Shown: positions 1-12,258 of the stretch, one piece after another | Layout: the number at the start of each line of letters is the position of its first letter | Position numbering within the stretch: position 1 is the stretch's first letter | Source: Mytilus trossulus | Taxonomy: Eukaryota | NCBI RefSeq assembly: GCF_036588685.1 | Contig: NC_086378.1 | Location: forward strand, 6,758,001-6,822,000 | DNA length: 64,000 nt | Reading direction: 5' to 3' | Notes under the pieces: model-generated | What the model saw: the letters and a program-made list of their open reading frames with translations, nothing else | Told to the model about the DNA's origin: nothing | Databases searched by the model: none | Position numbers and translations under genes: made by a program

Positions 1-1906
1 TTGTATGATGTTAATTTTAATTTTCAAATAATCGCCGAATTCTTAGATTTAAATAAAGGTTCGGAAATTATATGGATAAATATCAATTGACCTAGTGTTA
101 AATTGAATCCATTACGAAAACAAACTGTAGAGCAACTTCTTTCATAAAAACTAATGGACCCTTATCAATCACATAAAACTCATTAAACTGAAAATCGTGA
201 TTTCAGTACATACCCAGGAAATTTTCAATCATTATCCTCAAGGGAATGTTGTTATGTATTTTTACTAGAGTAGTATTTGAACTGACAGCCTACATATGGG
301 AATATCTGATTGTTTAGTTTTAACTCGTTCTGAAGTAAGGACAGTACAAATAAGGATATATGATTACAATTCAAATAATGGAAAATGCCATCATCATTTG
401 AGAAAAAAAGATAAAAAATAAAATCACAGGTAACAAATTGCTACTTTGATATCTTTGCCACGTTTGCAGAAACTAACCATGATTCTAAGGTAGGTTGAAA
501 TTTATAAATCAAATATCAAAAACAAATTAAATAAAAAAGATCTGAATTAGTGATTTTGATTTTGGAAAAAAGGAATTGACCAGTTTATGAATATTTAACT
601 CATGTAAGAAATTTTAAGGTGTTACTCAAACATTCAATAGATGAAATCACTGTTGATTTTCGAATTTGCTATTTTTACTGCCGATGTTCAACCTTTAAAA
701 AGAGGAGTCTTTTTGTTCGTCGGTCCTGTCAGTCTCTTTAAACACTTTTGTTTCCGAAACTGCTCTCGAACCGTTTGAACGCTATATAATTTTGAAGAAC
801 TGACGTTTTATTGCACCGCATTTATTATATTGTCCTCAAAAATTGTATATTAGACTGTCCATCACATAGAGTTTGTCAGAGTACACTATAGAGCAAGCAA
901 ACTGTTTTGAGACTTTCCTCGAATTTTATCATATAATGCATTTTTTGTTGTTGCATCTTTATAGTATTTTTTGCATTTTTTTGGGCGGGGGGTTCAATTG
1001 CTAAATCCAGGAGGTGGATACTCACTTATTTCCATCCGTAACTCCTTATACTGTGTTAAAACTTATTGAAACTTTTTCAGAATCTCAAAGGGGCAAATGG
1101 TACTACATTAATAAACTAATAAAATGCGAAAATACGATTTTTTTTATGTTGCAACAAGCGTAATAAAACAATAACGTTTTGCTTTTAGCAGTCAGGTTGC
1201 TCCAATATCGTCAAACTAGGTTAATACACATCCTTGGTGTACTATTTTAGCATGTGATGGTCAAAATGTTTATTCAGTTGAAAAACAAGTAAAGGCAACA
1301 TTCAAAAGTGAAACATGGGACGAGCAAGGTAATCTCGATGGATTATTGTATGGCGTCAGGTCTAAAATACATTGGGATTATATGTTATTTAGATAGACGT
1401 TCCAGTATGTTATAAATAAACAAGAAGAATAAGGGTCAAATTGTTGAACGTTGATTTGACAGCTAATGCCCCTGATATCCTATCGCGTGCCTCCTATTTC
1501 ATTTTTCGTTCAGAATTTTATTTTTGCAATTTCTAAACTTTGCCATAGGATTTGATTGTTTGATTACATTTCCTTTTATGTTTCGTACTTTTTTTATGTA
1601 TTAATTTACTATAAAGCCTTCGGATCTTGCACTTTCTTCTCTTCTGTTACCATCCCGGCAAGTAAAATACGGTAATAAGTCGCATTCTGCAATGTCGCGA
1701 TTGGGGTAAGCAGGATGGATTGTTTTTAAACAACGTATGTGTTTAACTGTCAATCAACTCATGATGGTACCCATACAACTTTCAAAAGTATGTTTAATCT
1801 TTACCATATGATACCCTTATTTCAAATGCCTCTTTATAAGAGCAATAACCCTCCATCAAGGACACTATGCTAATATAAGAAACTAGTAATAGAATTATAA
1901 TCTAGT

Positions 1907-1952
1907 ACGCCAGACGCGCGTTTCAACTACATAAGAATCATCAGTGACGCTC
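1907..1952 (-). ncRNA. Type I hammerhead ribozyme motif, retrozyme family A (core intact, stem II degenerate)
   Basis: Minus strand: gcgtca CTGATGA ttc ttatgta gtt GAAA cgcgcg TC tggcgt. Confidence 0.6.
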
Positions 1953-1959
1953 ATATTAA

Positions 1960-2554
1960 GGGCATACGATACAGTTACAGGGAAGGTAATGTCGTTGCTA
2001 ACGTAATTTGTTATTTTCGCGACGTCAAACTGTGACATATCGGGAAAAGATGCATTTTTCGACTGATTTTTATCATTCAAACTGATTAAATTTGAAAACG
2101 AGTTCATAGACCCCTATTTTTCAAAACGGCATTTTGTTTCGTTTTGCAGGGAGATTATGTGACCCAAATTTTATAAAACTGTAAATAGAGGATTTTTTTT
2201 ACGTTTTTTCCTCACTTCATGAACATTTGATAAATATGAGTTATTTCTGAATAAAAAAATGCATATCTTTTTAGGATATTTATAAAAAAAGCAGAAATTA
2301 CCGATTATTTAACAAAAAACAATTTGTTTTTATCTGTTATAACAAAAAAGTTATGTCTTTTTTTTGAAAAAGAAATTACGGCCACAAATCTGAATTTTGA
2401 GCAAATATACAAAATTTCGACCTCATTTTACTTAAAAAGTAGCACATGAAGGTATATTTTTTTATTACATATTTGATTTAATCAGGTAAAAAATAGCCTA
2501 TATGCAAATTTTCATAAACTTGTAAATACAGGATTAAAACTGTATCGTATGCCC
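1960..2554. mobile_element. Non-autonomous TIR element (MITE) with TTAA target duplication, Kolobok-like
   Basis: TTAA(1956-1959)|GGGCATACGATACAGTT ... AACTGTATCGTATGCCC|TTAA(2555-2558). Purine-starting TIR plus TTAA fits Kolobok rather than piggyBac. A diverged reverse copy of one end lies at ~6660-6820. Confidence 0.85.
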
Positions 2555-3312
2555 TTAAAATATTTATAAAACCAAACAAGTACAAAGTTGAAGAGCATTG
2601 AGGATCCAAAATTCAAAAAAGTGCAATATCGTATCAAAGTTGAAGTCATAGATGAATAAATCCACTATGAAAATTATATTATAGAAGATACGATCGATTA
2701 AGGATTGCTATCTGTTTTTGATTTACTTTTAACGGAAACGAAAGTTTCAAACACAGTATTAGTGAAAATGATGTTTATGCCTCGAAGTAATGTTTCGCAA
2801 GTAAGAAACTTAACAATTGATAAAAAGATTCCGATACGCAATGCAGTCAAAACGCCATGATAGCCCTTTTTTAAAATATAAGTAGCAACGGTACATGGAC
2901 CATACGTGTTCATTCTGAGAACTTGAATAGTTTGTATTGGATGCATAAACAAACAAAAAAATCCGTAGGCATAAAAGTATATTATCGGCTTATCTACATT
3001 TTCAACATATATAAATGAGTTGGTCTATTAGAGCAACAAAAACTCTGGTCGCAGTGAAAGAGGAGACACAGACCAGAAATTATAATATCTACTTGACATC
3101 ATTAGTCGGTCATAAAACAATGATCAACATAAACAAAACTTTAATCAAATATTCAATACAGGTTTGTTTTTCAAAAGTAATTTGGATAAGTTAAACGGCC
3201 AATATTTCATAAATACAATTTGTAAGTAATGACGTTAAAACATATTTTGGACCTTTTGGATTATAGCCCTTCATCTTTTATATAAGATTTGGATTTCAAA
3301 TATTTTGGCCAC

Positions 3313-3358
3313 GAGCATCACTAATGAGACATTTATTGTCAAAATGAGCATCTGGTTC
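3313..3358 (+). repeat. Degenerate hammerhead repeat, family B
   Basis: gcatca CTAATGA gac atttatt gtc AAAA tgagca TC tggttc. Core mutated; the flanks match the intact copy at 11333. Confidence 0.6.
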
Positions 3359-4134
3359 AAGAAAATTGGTACCGTTAATTTTATTACAGACTCTTCCCAT
3401 AACTGCATTATTATAATCAAAGACAATAGGTGAACAAGTAATGATTTAGTGAAGTGTAATCCTATTTTAAAGGATGCAGCTTCAGCAAATCTAATTGATT
3501 AAATTCTACGGGAAGACGAATTTCTACTTCTGTGGAAATCATTTCTAAAATATATTACAGAAATATGCTGAATAAAGTAAGACGTGTACACATTTTACTG
3601 TTTTGACCACATGACTTATTTGAATTAAAAATGCAATAGTTATCTCTCTTCAGATTTTATATTTTGACTTTTTTCAAACCTCATTTTGATTTAGTAAGTT
3701 AAAACAATCTCTCTTAATAAACCTTTGATATGGATTGAGTGAAATGACTGCGTAGTAATTGGTCCATGTGTTTACCAGTAACTTGATTACCCTAAAATCT
3801 TGCTGTCAATAAAATCACCCAGAATATAATATGATTTGAATTGCAGATTGTGTCAATTTTTCTACAGCATCTATTTCCACAATGTCTGTATATTAAACGA
3901 GCAAAATATGCATTTAGTCTGTGCTTCCCCTTCAGGGTACAAAGTGTGAGGCTGTTATAAGTTTAGATAGGTTGATTATGTCAATTAGTTTCATTTTATT
4001 GGAAATCTTTGATATAATATCCTTGTTGTACGTGTAAGTCTACAGTAAAAAGAGTTTGTTTATGAAGTAATAAATTTTACATGTATAATTATCATAGATA
4101 TAATTAAATAGCACATAACTTATCTTTATTACAG

Positions 4135-6154
4135 AATACACAAGTTGTTTGTCTTAGTATTGTGCTGTTTAAGCAACACTGACTGTTTGCCTGATTTGGA
4201 ATATATCTATAACCAGTATGCTGCGACATGTGGCTTTCAGTTTTGTAATGGAACCAGTTTATCGCTGCCATATTATGATAGAGATTTAACAGACATGTAT
4301 TCGGTATGTCCAACATGTAGTTGCGATAGATGTCGTCTTAACGAAAATTGCTGCCCAGACTTAGCATTACCTAAATATAAGGAAATTTGTAAAAATGATG
4401 TTATATATCACCCGAAAAATCTGCTCTCAAAATATTATTATTCAATGATCGAAACATGTCCCAATGGCACCGATAAGAAACTGATTCAACTGTGCGAAGC
4501 TGACACAAAACTTGCTTCTGATCTTTCATTGGTTCCGGTAATAAGTGTAACAAATACAACCTATAGGAATATTCATTGTGCTTTGTGTCATAATGAAACA
4601 AACACCGAGTCATGGACAGTAGATATCAATTGTATAGAATTTGCAGATTTTAATTTCTTATCAAGTTTCGAGGAAATAACAGATATGGTTATAGAAAAGA
4701 AATGTACCGTTCGTTATGTCCAAAAAAACGTTCATTACAAGGCTCAGGAATGCCAACCAATAAGCGAAGAGCTGATTGGTAGATGTAATATAACTGGTAC
4801 CTGGCAAAACTATGATTATGATATTGATTGGGCTTGCAATTCATTTCAACTTCCGTTCGATATTTATAAAAGCGTGTTTTGCCTTATTTGTAATCCTCCG
4901 CGGAAATCTAATTCCACCGTCATTTCATCTTGCATTGAGAGTGACGAGAGACTATTTAAATCTAAAGCCCTGGACGAAGCATGCATGGTTTATAATACAA
5001 CTGGCGTGACAATCCCATTTAAAAATGCTTTTTGTTACTTGTGTAATAGACAAAATGATTTGTATCAATATGCTGATATCAAAGGAGATGTATCATTTAT
5101 GTTTGATAAAAATAATGAACAAATAATATACAAAATAGTTAATGCAGATTTCAATCCTGATTTCTTAGGAAATTATCTAACACGTTACATCAATAGATCT
5201 GGTATCCATTTGAATGCCGGGGAAAAACTAGCTTCTTCACTTCTGTATTACGACAATGACCGGCAAGTCAATATGTCTAGTTTGATGTCCCTTTATTCCC
5301 AATCATATGGCCCCGAACTTTGCGGAATCTACAATTTCAATCGAGAACACTTAATCGGTAACCGGTCATTGCAGTGCTCGTGTTTTGCCAACTGTTCATT
5401 GAATAGAGATTGTTGTATAGATTATGAACTTGAGCAGCACTTGGAGTGTTCCGGAGGAAATGTTATTTCAAGTATGTGTCGTTATGCTGACCAAGGAATG
5501 AATGCGTACTGCTATGAGCGCGGCGAGTTGATGTATGATCTCCCAGTGAGCAAAAGTGGCTCGAAAAGTCATTTCGGAAATATATTTTGTGCAATGTGTG
5601 CAGACGATTCGCTTAACATGCAACCTTTCAATGTTATGACAGTTGCACGATTTTTTCAACCATGGGATATAGAAATTAATTGTTTAGCCACGAATTCATT
5701 GCCGACTTATTTTCAATTCTTCGTAACTTCAATCTTAGAAGTTGCTCACCAGAGAAACTGTGGTGTTAGATATAACCCAAATCAAAGAAATCGAGTGTTT
5801 TGTGATGACACAGAAAAGACAATAAAATCTTGCAATATTTCAGGTACATGGCCTCGGTTTGATGAAGATGTCGCCTGGGCGTGTGAGAAACTGAATACTA
5901 CGTATCTCAAAAGTTATAGAGGTTATAAGAATATATTCTGTACACTTTGTAATCCTGATTTAGGATTCCAAACATCCACTTCAACTACACCAACTGAAGC
6001 AACAACCCCTTCTCATCGTGAAAATATAGCCTGTACATCATGTTCTTACGCGGGAGGAGTTGCAACTACATTCAGGACTTTGTTTCTTATACCCACAGAT
6101 ACGGAGGTGACAATTACCGAGTGTAAATATGGCCAAGTATTAGATAAACTTAAT
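4135..6154 (+). CDS. Large coding exon of a class B (secretin-like / Methuselah-like) GPCR: signal peptide plus Cys-rich ectodomain with two tandem somatomedin-B-like modules
   Basis: ORF 4145-6166. Acceptor ttattacag|4135 and donor aat|gtaagt at 6154/6155 (phase 0). Hydrophobic N-terminus LFVLVLCC. Repeated motifs CSCxxCxxxxxCCxD, Y/FxNxxCAxC and CNI(T/S)GTW...WAC each occur twice, with a Thr-rich stretch near the end. The start codon is probably in a short upstream exon (candidate ATG 3908, uncertain). Confidence 0.85.
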
Positions 6155-6268
6155 GTAAGTATGTAAATATTGCGGGATCAATTTTATTATCGTGAAATGA
6201 AACGGCTCTATATTACATCCAAAATTGTTTATTTTAGCAAATACAAAATCAATAAAAAATAGACAATT

Positions 6269-6657
6269 CCAAACAAGTACAAAGTTGAAGAGCATTGAGG
6301 ATCCAAAATTCCAAACAAATGTGCCAAATACGGCTAAGGTAATCTATGCCTGGGATTAAACAATCCTTAGTCTTTTTATAAATTCAAAGTTTTGTAAACA
6401 GGAAATTTATAAAAATGACCACATTATTGATAAACTACTGGGCTGGTGATACCCTCGGGGACGAAACGTCCACCAGCAGTGGCATCGACCCAGTGGTGTA
6501 AATAGTTTATTAATTTAGTTCACCAGACGCGCTTTTCGTCTACATGAGACTCATCAATGAAGCTCATATCAAATAATAAGTATAAAGCCAAACAAGTACA
6601 TAGTTGAAGAGCATTGAGGATCCAAAATTCCCCAAAAATGTGCCAAATACGGCTAAG
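6269..6657 (-). mobile_element. Partially tandem retrozyme-like unit (~320 bp period) with a degenerate hammerhead at 6521-6565
   Basis: ccaaacaagtaca...ggctaag occurs at 6269 and again at 6588. Minus-strand hammerhead TTGATGA gtc..gac GAAA agcgcg TC (first core C mutated). Confidence 0.7.
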
Positions 6658-7579
6658 ACACAGGGGTCCATGAACTCGTTTTTAAGTTAAATCGGTTTGA
6701 ACGATAAAATCAGTCGAACACTGCATGTTTTCCCAATAGGTGACTGTTTGACGTCGCGTAAAGAACATTTTTCGTCAGCAACGTCATTATCTCCCCTGGA
6801 ACTGTATCGTATACCCTCAAATCAATAGATGTTTCAGTACTTTTTCAAAATGAAGTGCTTTAATAACCCTTTATTCAAAAACTAATAAAAAGTATGGGTC
6901 ACGGGACATTGTTTAGCGATACAGGTTGTGTAAAAATGTCAGATTGTGTATATATTATGCATAAGAAATCCAATTTCATTTGATAAAAAGAAAAGTACAG
7001 CATACAATTAAATTTATTTTTTAGAAGTTAGCTATTACAGCATGCTTTTAGATGAACAAAATAAAAATAAAGGGTCCCTGAACTGTCTTTTTACTATATA
7101 TTAAAATAGCCCATTATTCAATTAATCAAACACAAATATTGTGGGTTTTTTTAAATAGAAAAAACAGTCGTAAATATGATAAAACACTTAATTTTCTATA
7201 TTTTCATAAGAAGTCTTGCACATGGTTTACAAACTACTCTTTACATTTGGACATTTGATTAAAGATCTATACAAATTATTATATGGCATTTCATTATCCA
7301 AGATGAAGGAATTCAACCGAACCATCTTAAATGGTTAATGTTAATCCGTGGTTTTTCTCTTATAGTAAATGTGTATCCCTCGATTTTAGTGTGTGAAGCA
7401 AATTTGTCTTATTCTCAGTGATTTATGACTTTTGAACAGTGGTACAATACTGTTGGCTGTATGTATAAGTGTAAGCATTCGGTAGGTGTCATAAGATTCC
7501 ATGTCAAAAACTAACGGTCTTGCTATCAATGCAAATTTTCCTCTCTGTAACAGAAATACACATTTTTTTTATTTTTCAG

Positions 7580-9232
7580 AACAAATGTAGAAACGTAACT
7601 TGTTCACCGGGATATGTCCTTGGCAATGCTTCTTGTACCCCATTGCTGCTGATAACTAATCAACTGGGCTATATATTACCTATGAGAATAGAATGCATTA
7701 CAAATCTTGTGGCACATAATAAAATTTTAGAAGACATTGAAAAGGAAATAGAAGAATTCATTAAGAATTACCTAACTGTTGAGAAGGATTTAGATGTGGT
7801 TTCGTCGAACATGGTTACAAACATTTCTTGTGACACCAACGAAACAGCAGGAGTAGAAATATTGGCAAATGTAGAATTCTTCATCGAAGAAAGTGTATTT
7901 AGAAAAGACATTGAAACCAAGCTTATTCATCTAAGTGAAGAAATGGTTAACATCTCTAAGGATGATTTTCATATCAGTCTCAATGTGAGTTTAGATCAGA
8001 GGGCAAGGAATACAAAGGCAATGATAAACAACGCTGCACAGTTTACTGGGATGTGTTATTTATCAAAACCTGATTTAAAACAAAGACGGTCACACAAATT
8101 TTTTACTTTTAGTCACGTGTCTAAGCTCCTTTTATGTCAACAAGTAGACCTGAAAAAAGAAGAAATAATTATAGATTCAACAGCGTCTTCATTCATCATG
8201 TTAAAGTCGACTAATATAAAAATACAGCAAGGGATGTTCAAACTCACAGCAAGTGGGGGAGCAAGAATATGCGTAGATACAATGAAATTGCTTAGAAAAC
8301 CAGAAGTAGGCATTAATTACATAGTCAATACTGTAACGGCCATTGCCTCTGTCATATCCATGATATGTCTCTTTTTGACCTTTGTCACTTATTGTATATT
8401 TCCTAATTTAAGATCCATTCCAGGTAAAAATAACATGTCACTCGTTTTTTCATTTTTCTTTTTACAAGCAGTTTTTACTTTCGGAGCTAGAAAAACTGAC
8501 CATGATGTTTTCTGTAAAGTTTTTGGTATAATTCTTCATTTCTTCCTTTTAAGTTCTTTCGCCTGTTTAAGCGTTTGTACCTTTCATATGTTCAGGGCAT
8601 TCAGTACTATTAACACAACACATGACGCACACCACGAGAAACGAACTATGCTGCTGTATATTTTATATTCCTATTGTACACCAGTTTTTATCATAGTCAT
8701 AAATATAACCGTTACATTATCACAGTATAACGACACAGGATATGGAAAAAGGGAGACAATCTGTTTCCTCAAAAATGCAAATTCAGTAATAGTGTGTCTG
8801 ATAGTTCCTGTGGCAGTAATTTGTGGTTGCAACATAATATTTTTTCTCATGACAATGCGCAAAATAAGCATGACACCAAAAATGGAAAGATCAAGCACCA
8901 ACAAAGCTACCCGTCACAACAGCGTCATTTACATCAAGCTATTTAGTTTGACAGGTATAACCTGGGTTCTGCAGATCATTGATGGTTTCCTGCCAATGAC
9001 GCACCTATCTATAATTATATCTTTATTCAATGCTCTACAAGGTGTGTACATATTTCTATCATATATATGTAACTCCCGTGTAGCGAACATGTACAGGAAT
9101 CTCTTTATGAGGTACACAGAAGATCATGATTCAAATGCTACAAAGAATACTAACATTTCAACTTTTGCAACAGAAAAACATTTGAAATATCTACCTAATT
9201 CTGGTTCTGCCTCAGAAAATACAGTGCTGTGA
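7580..9232 (+). CDS. Terminal exon of the same GPCR: distal ectodomain plus seven transmembrane helices and C-tail
   Basis: Acceptor tttttcag|aac at 7580, phase 0, joins as ...DKLN|NKCRNVTC. Class-B 7TM motifs LRSIPGKN, CKVFGIILHFFLL, YIKLFSLTGITW and FNALQGVYIF. Stop at 9232. The spliced protein is about 1,220 aa. Confidence 0.9.
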   Translation, partial: NKCRNVTCSPGYVLGNASCTPLLLITNQLGYILPMRIECITNLVAHNKILEDIEKEIEEFIKNYLTVEKDLDVVSSNMVTNISCDTNETAGVEILANVEFFIEESVFRKDIETKLIHLSEEMVNISKDDFHISLNVSLDQRARNTKAMINNAAQFTGMCYLSKPDLKQRRSHKFFTFSHVSKLLLCQQVDLKKEEIIIDSTASSFIMLKSTNIKIQQGMFKLTASGGARICVDTMKLLRKPEVGINYIVNTVTAIASVISMICLFLTFVTYCIFPNLRSIPGKNNMSLVFSFFFLQAVFTFGARKTDHDVFCKVFGIILHFFLLSSFACLSVCTFHMFRAFSTINTTHDAHHEKRTMLLYILYSYCTPVFIIVINITVTLSQYNDTGYGKRETICFLKNANSVIVCLIVPVAVICGCNIIFFLMTMRKISMTPKMERSSTNKATRHNSVIYIKLFSLTGITWVLQIIDGFLPMTHLSIIISLFNALQGVYIFLSYICNSRVANMYRNLFMRYTEDHDSNATKNTNISTFATEKHLKYLPNSGSASENTVL

Positions 9233-11332
9233 AGAATATTCATCTGATGAACAGGTCTATTTGTATTACATTTTAAATGCATCTTTAGCTAAAACTTCTG
9301 TACATTGATTTTGTGAAAAAGGAAAGAGATCTTAAGTGTATAAAAGAAGCCTTGATTTGATCTTCAACTTATGAAATACATGTAGTATGTTACTTGTTAT
9401 CGACTATCTATTCCATACGGAACAAAGAAACGGTAGAGCAATAATTCCGGCATTAGTCCCATAGGAATTTGATTTAGTTGAATGCATCTTTAATTAATTT
9501 ATTTAGTGTGTTAAAGTGTTGATGGAAGCACATTTTGTATAAAGAGTCATTCTAAAATTGTGTGCTTTTACAGCCATATAAAATTTCGAAAAGAAAAATT
9601 TATTTTGAACATGTGTTATGTTATATCATTGGAACTACAAGTAATATAAGATTTTTTAATTTTAATATCTATGCTATGTCTAAAAAATTACTTAATTCTT
9701 GGTCTGTCTTGGAAAATGCTAGGCTCTAAGGAATACTTGATTGGCAAAGAACATCTCATTTCGAATTATTAGAATAACAACGTTTCAGTATCTTGATCAT
9801 ATAAACAAAAGAATGAAGTTCTTGCTTTACATGGAAACTATTGTTGATCTACATGCATATTTAAAAGTAAGGGACAATGCGGAACAAATCATTATTTACA
9901 GGTATATTAGAAATTAACATAATAATAGTTCGCTCTTTTAACTCTTGTTGAAGGAGCGCTGCATAATTATACGGACCTTTGTTGTAGAATATTAACATGA
10001 AGCCTAAAGATATTTAGTTTGGTGTCGATAGAAAAATTACCAAAAAAAAACAATTAACGAAAAAATGTTATATCTGTAGTGTTTGTAAGTTACAAGTGAC
10101 CAGTTTTGGATAATAACTATCCAAATTGAGTGTTCGCATAAAAGTAAAAAGAGGGGCGAAAGATGCCAGAGGGTCATTTGCTCAAAAAGAAAAAGACAAA
10201 CATACAAACATTTATAAACAAAACATAACATATAATACCAAAGAATGAGCAACACAGATTAATAGAAGCAACGGTTGCTTGTTTCTGAATCCTATTTGTG
10301 AAATTGTCAAATACTTCATAACACAATATTGTAAAATTTTTGTTTACACCAACACAGCTTTCAAAGGGGACATTTGTATATTACTACGGAAACACGTAAA
10401 ATACTTTGCAGAAAAATCCGTCATTTATTTAGCCCAACGTGGTAACGAGGCAACAGTCCCTATCTAACTATTTTATGGAAAAGCTATCCTTAATAAAAAA
10501 AGCTGTACCAAGTCTGAAATATGACAGTTGTTATCCATTCGTTTGATGTGTTTGAGCCTTTGCTTTTGCCAGTTGATTGGGTTTTCCGTTTTTCAATTTT
10601 CTTCCGAGTTCAGTATTTTTGTGGTTTTACTTTTTCATTGAATAACGCTTTTTTCTAAATTTCAGAGTCTTGCCATTACTTTTTTGGTTGTATAACAGCA
10701 AAGAGTCCTAAAGATACGTAGCTTGTAATTGTGTATACTAAACGTCTTTGTACTTGTTTGGCTTTATAACTTTTATGATCTGAGCGTAACTGATGAGTCT
10801 TCTGTAGACTAAACACGCGTGAGGCATATTAAATTATAATCCTGGAACTTTTGATAATTATAATGACTTATCAAAGGTGACCAAATCATTTGGAAGCCTA
10901 AATCAAATACTAAGTAGCAAAGACGATTGCTATAATTTTTCGGAAAACTTTTGGTTGATGCATAGAAACTTTGTGAGCAAAGTAGTATTTTGTTCTTTTT
11001 TTTTAAATGATGCTGATGTCATATATCCTTAATGTTAATATCAATATTCTCATTGAATTTATACATGGATCTTTCAATTCTGTTGTAAATGTTTGTTACA
11101 TTCAAATTAAACGATTTAAAATTATATTTGTTGGGGATTTCATAGTATCAAAGTATGGATCAAATCTAGTAGAATGCAATTTCAGACATTTTCATCCTGA
11201 TATTTACTCAACCAAAAATAATTTGTGTAAGTAAATATTCCTTTCACGGATTTGTCTATACTTTTTGAACCTTTTGGATTATAGCTCTTCATCTTTTATA
11301 TAAGCTTTGGATTTGAAATATTTTGGCCACGA

Positions 11333-11376
11333 GCATCACTGAAGAGACATGTTTTGTCGAAATGCGCATCTGGTGC
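11333..11376 (+). ncRNA. Intact minimal type I hammerhead ribozyme, family B
   Basis: GCATCA-CTGAAGA-GACA tgttt TGTC-GAAA-TGCGCA-TC-TGGTGC. Full CUGANGA/GAAA/UH core, stems I and II paired, palindromic stem III ATGCGCAT. Predicted cleavage after 11370. Confidence 0.85.
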
Positions 11377-11765
11377 AAGAAAATTGGTACCGTTAATTTT
11401 ATTACATGTGTAAAAAACACAAAGTCTTGACTGTGCGCATATATACGATAGTATGAAAAAAAGCATCACAAAACATAAAACGTAAATGAGGGACATAAGA
11501 TACTAACCAAAAAAAGGATACTTACACTTAGAAGTAAAAAAAAACAACTGATAATGCCATGGTAGAAAAGTGACGACAGTAAAAAACCAAAAGTACACAC
11601 AACACAATATAGAAAACTAAAGATTGAGCAACACGAATCATATCTAAAGCTGGGGGACTGGAAATGCCACTGAAGGGTATGTAGATCAAGCTAATAATGT
11701 GGTCAGTCCTGATAATTATGTAACAAATAAACTCATCAAAGATACAAGGACTAAATTATGTATAT

Positions 11766-11809
11766 ACGCCAGACGCGCGTTTCGTCTACAAAAGACTCAT
11801 CAGTGGCGC
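11766..11809 (-). ncRNA. Intact minimal type I hammerhead ribozyme, family A
   Basis: Minus strand: GCGCCA-CTGATGA-GTC ttttgta GAC-GAAA-CGCGCG-TC-TGGCGT. Full core and palindromic stem III ACGCGCGT. Confidence 0.85.
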
Positions 11810-12153
11810 TCGAATCTAAAAAAGTTAAAAAGGCCAAATAAAGTACGAAGTTGAAAAGCATTGAGGACCAAATTTCCTAAAAGTATTGCCAAATCCATGT
11901 AGTTTTCATTATCGTCCTCCCCTAAGCATATATCATCCTGCTATGGCGCTCAGTTATTTTCGTATCAAGACTTCAAAACGACCAGACAATATCAGCGACG
12001 TCACTATGTGCGAGGAGAAGTTATCAGCGACGTCCAATGCGAGAGGAGACGTTATCAAGCTTGCTTTCGTCAAGCGTAAAACTGTCGTAGAGAGAGGGAA
12101 ACAGACCAGTAATAGAACGACAAACAGATAATCGGGTTTTCTTCGCATATATA

Positions 12154-12258
12154 TCGTAAAATATCAGCCGCTCGACACAATGTGAAACTTTTTAGCTCGT
12201 TCGCTACGCTCATTCGCCAAAAAGGTTCACATTGTTGCTCGCGGCATATATTTTACGA
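12154..12258. repeat. Long imperfect hairpin with GAGCGTAGCGAACGAG-type loop (possible Crypton-like non-autonomous element)
   Basis: Arms tcgtaaaatat..gccgc..acaatgtgaa / ttcacattgt..gcggc..atattttacga. The loop matches the reverse complement of the loop at ~48385-48405. Confidence 0.5.
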
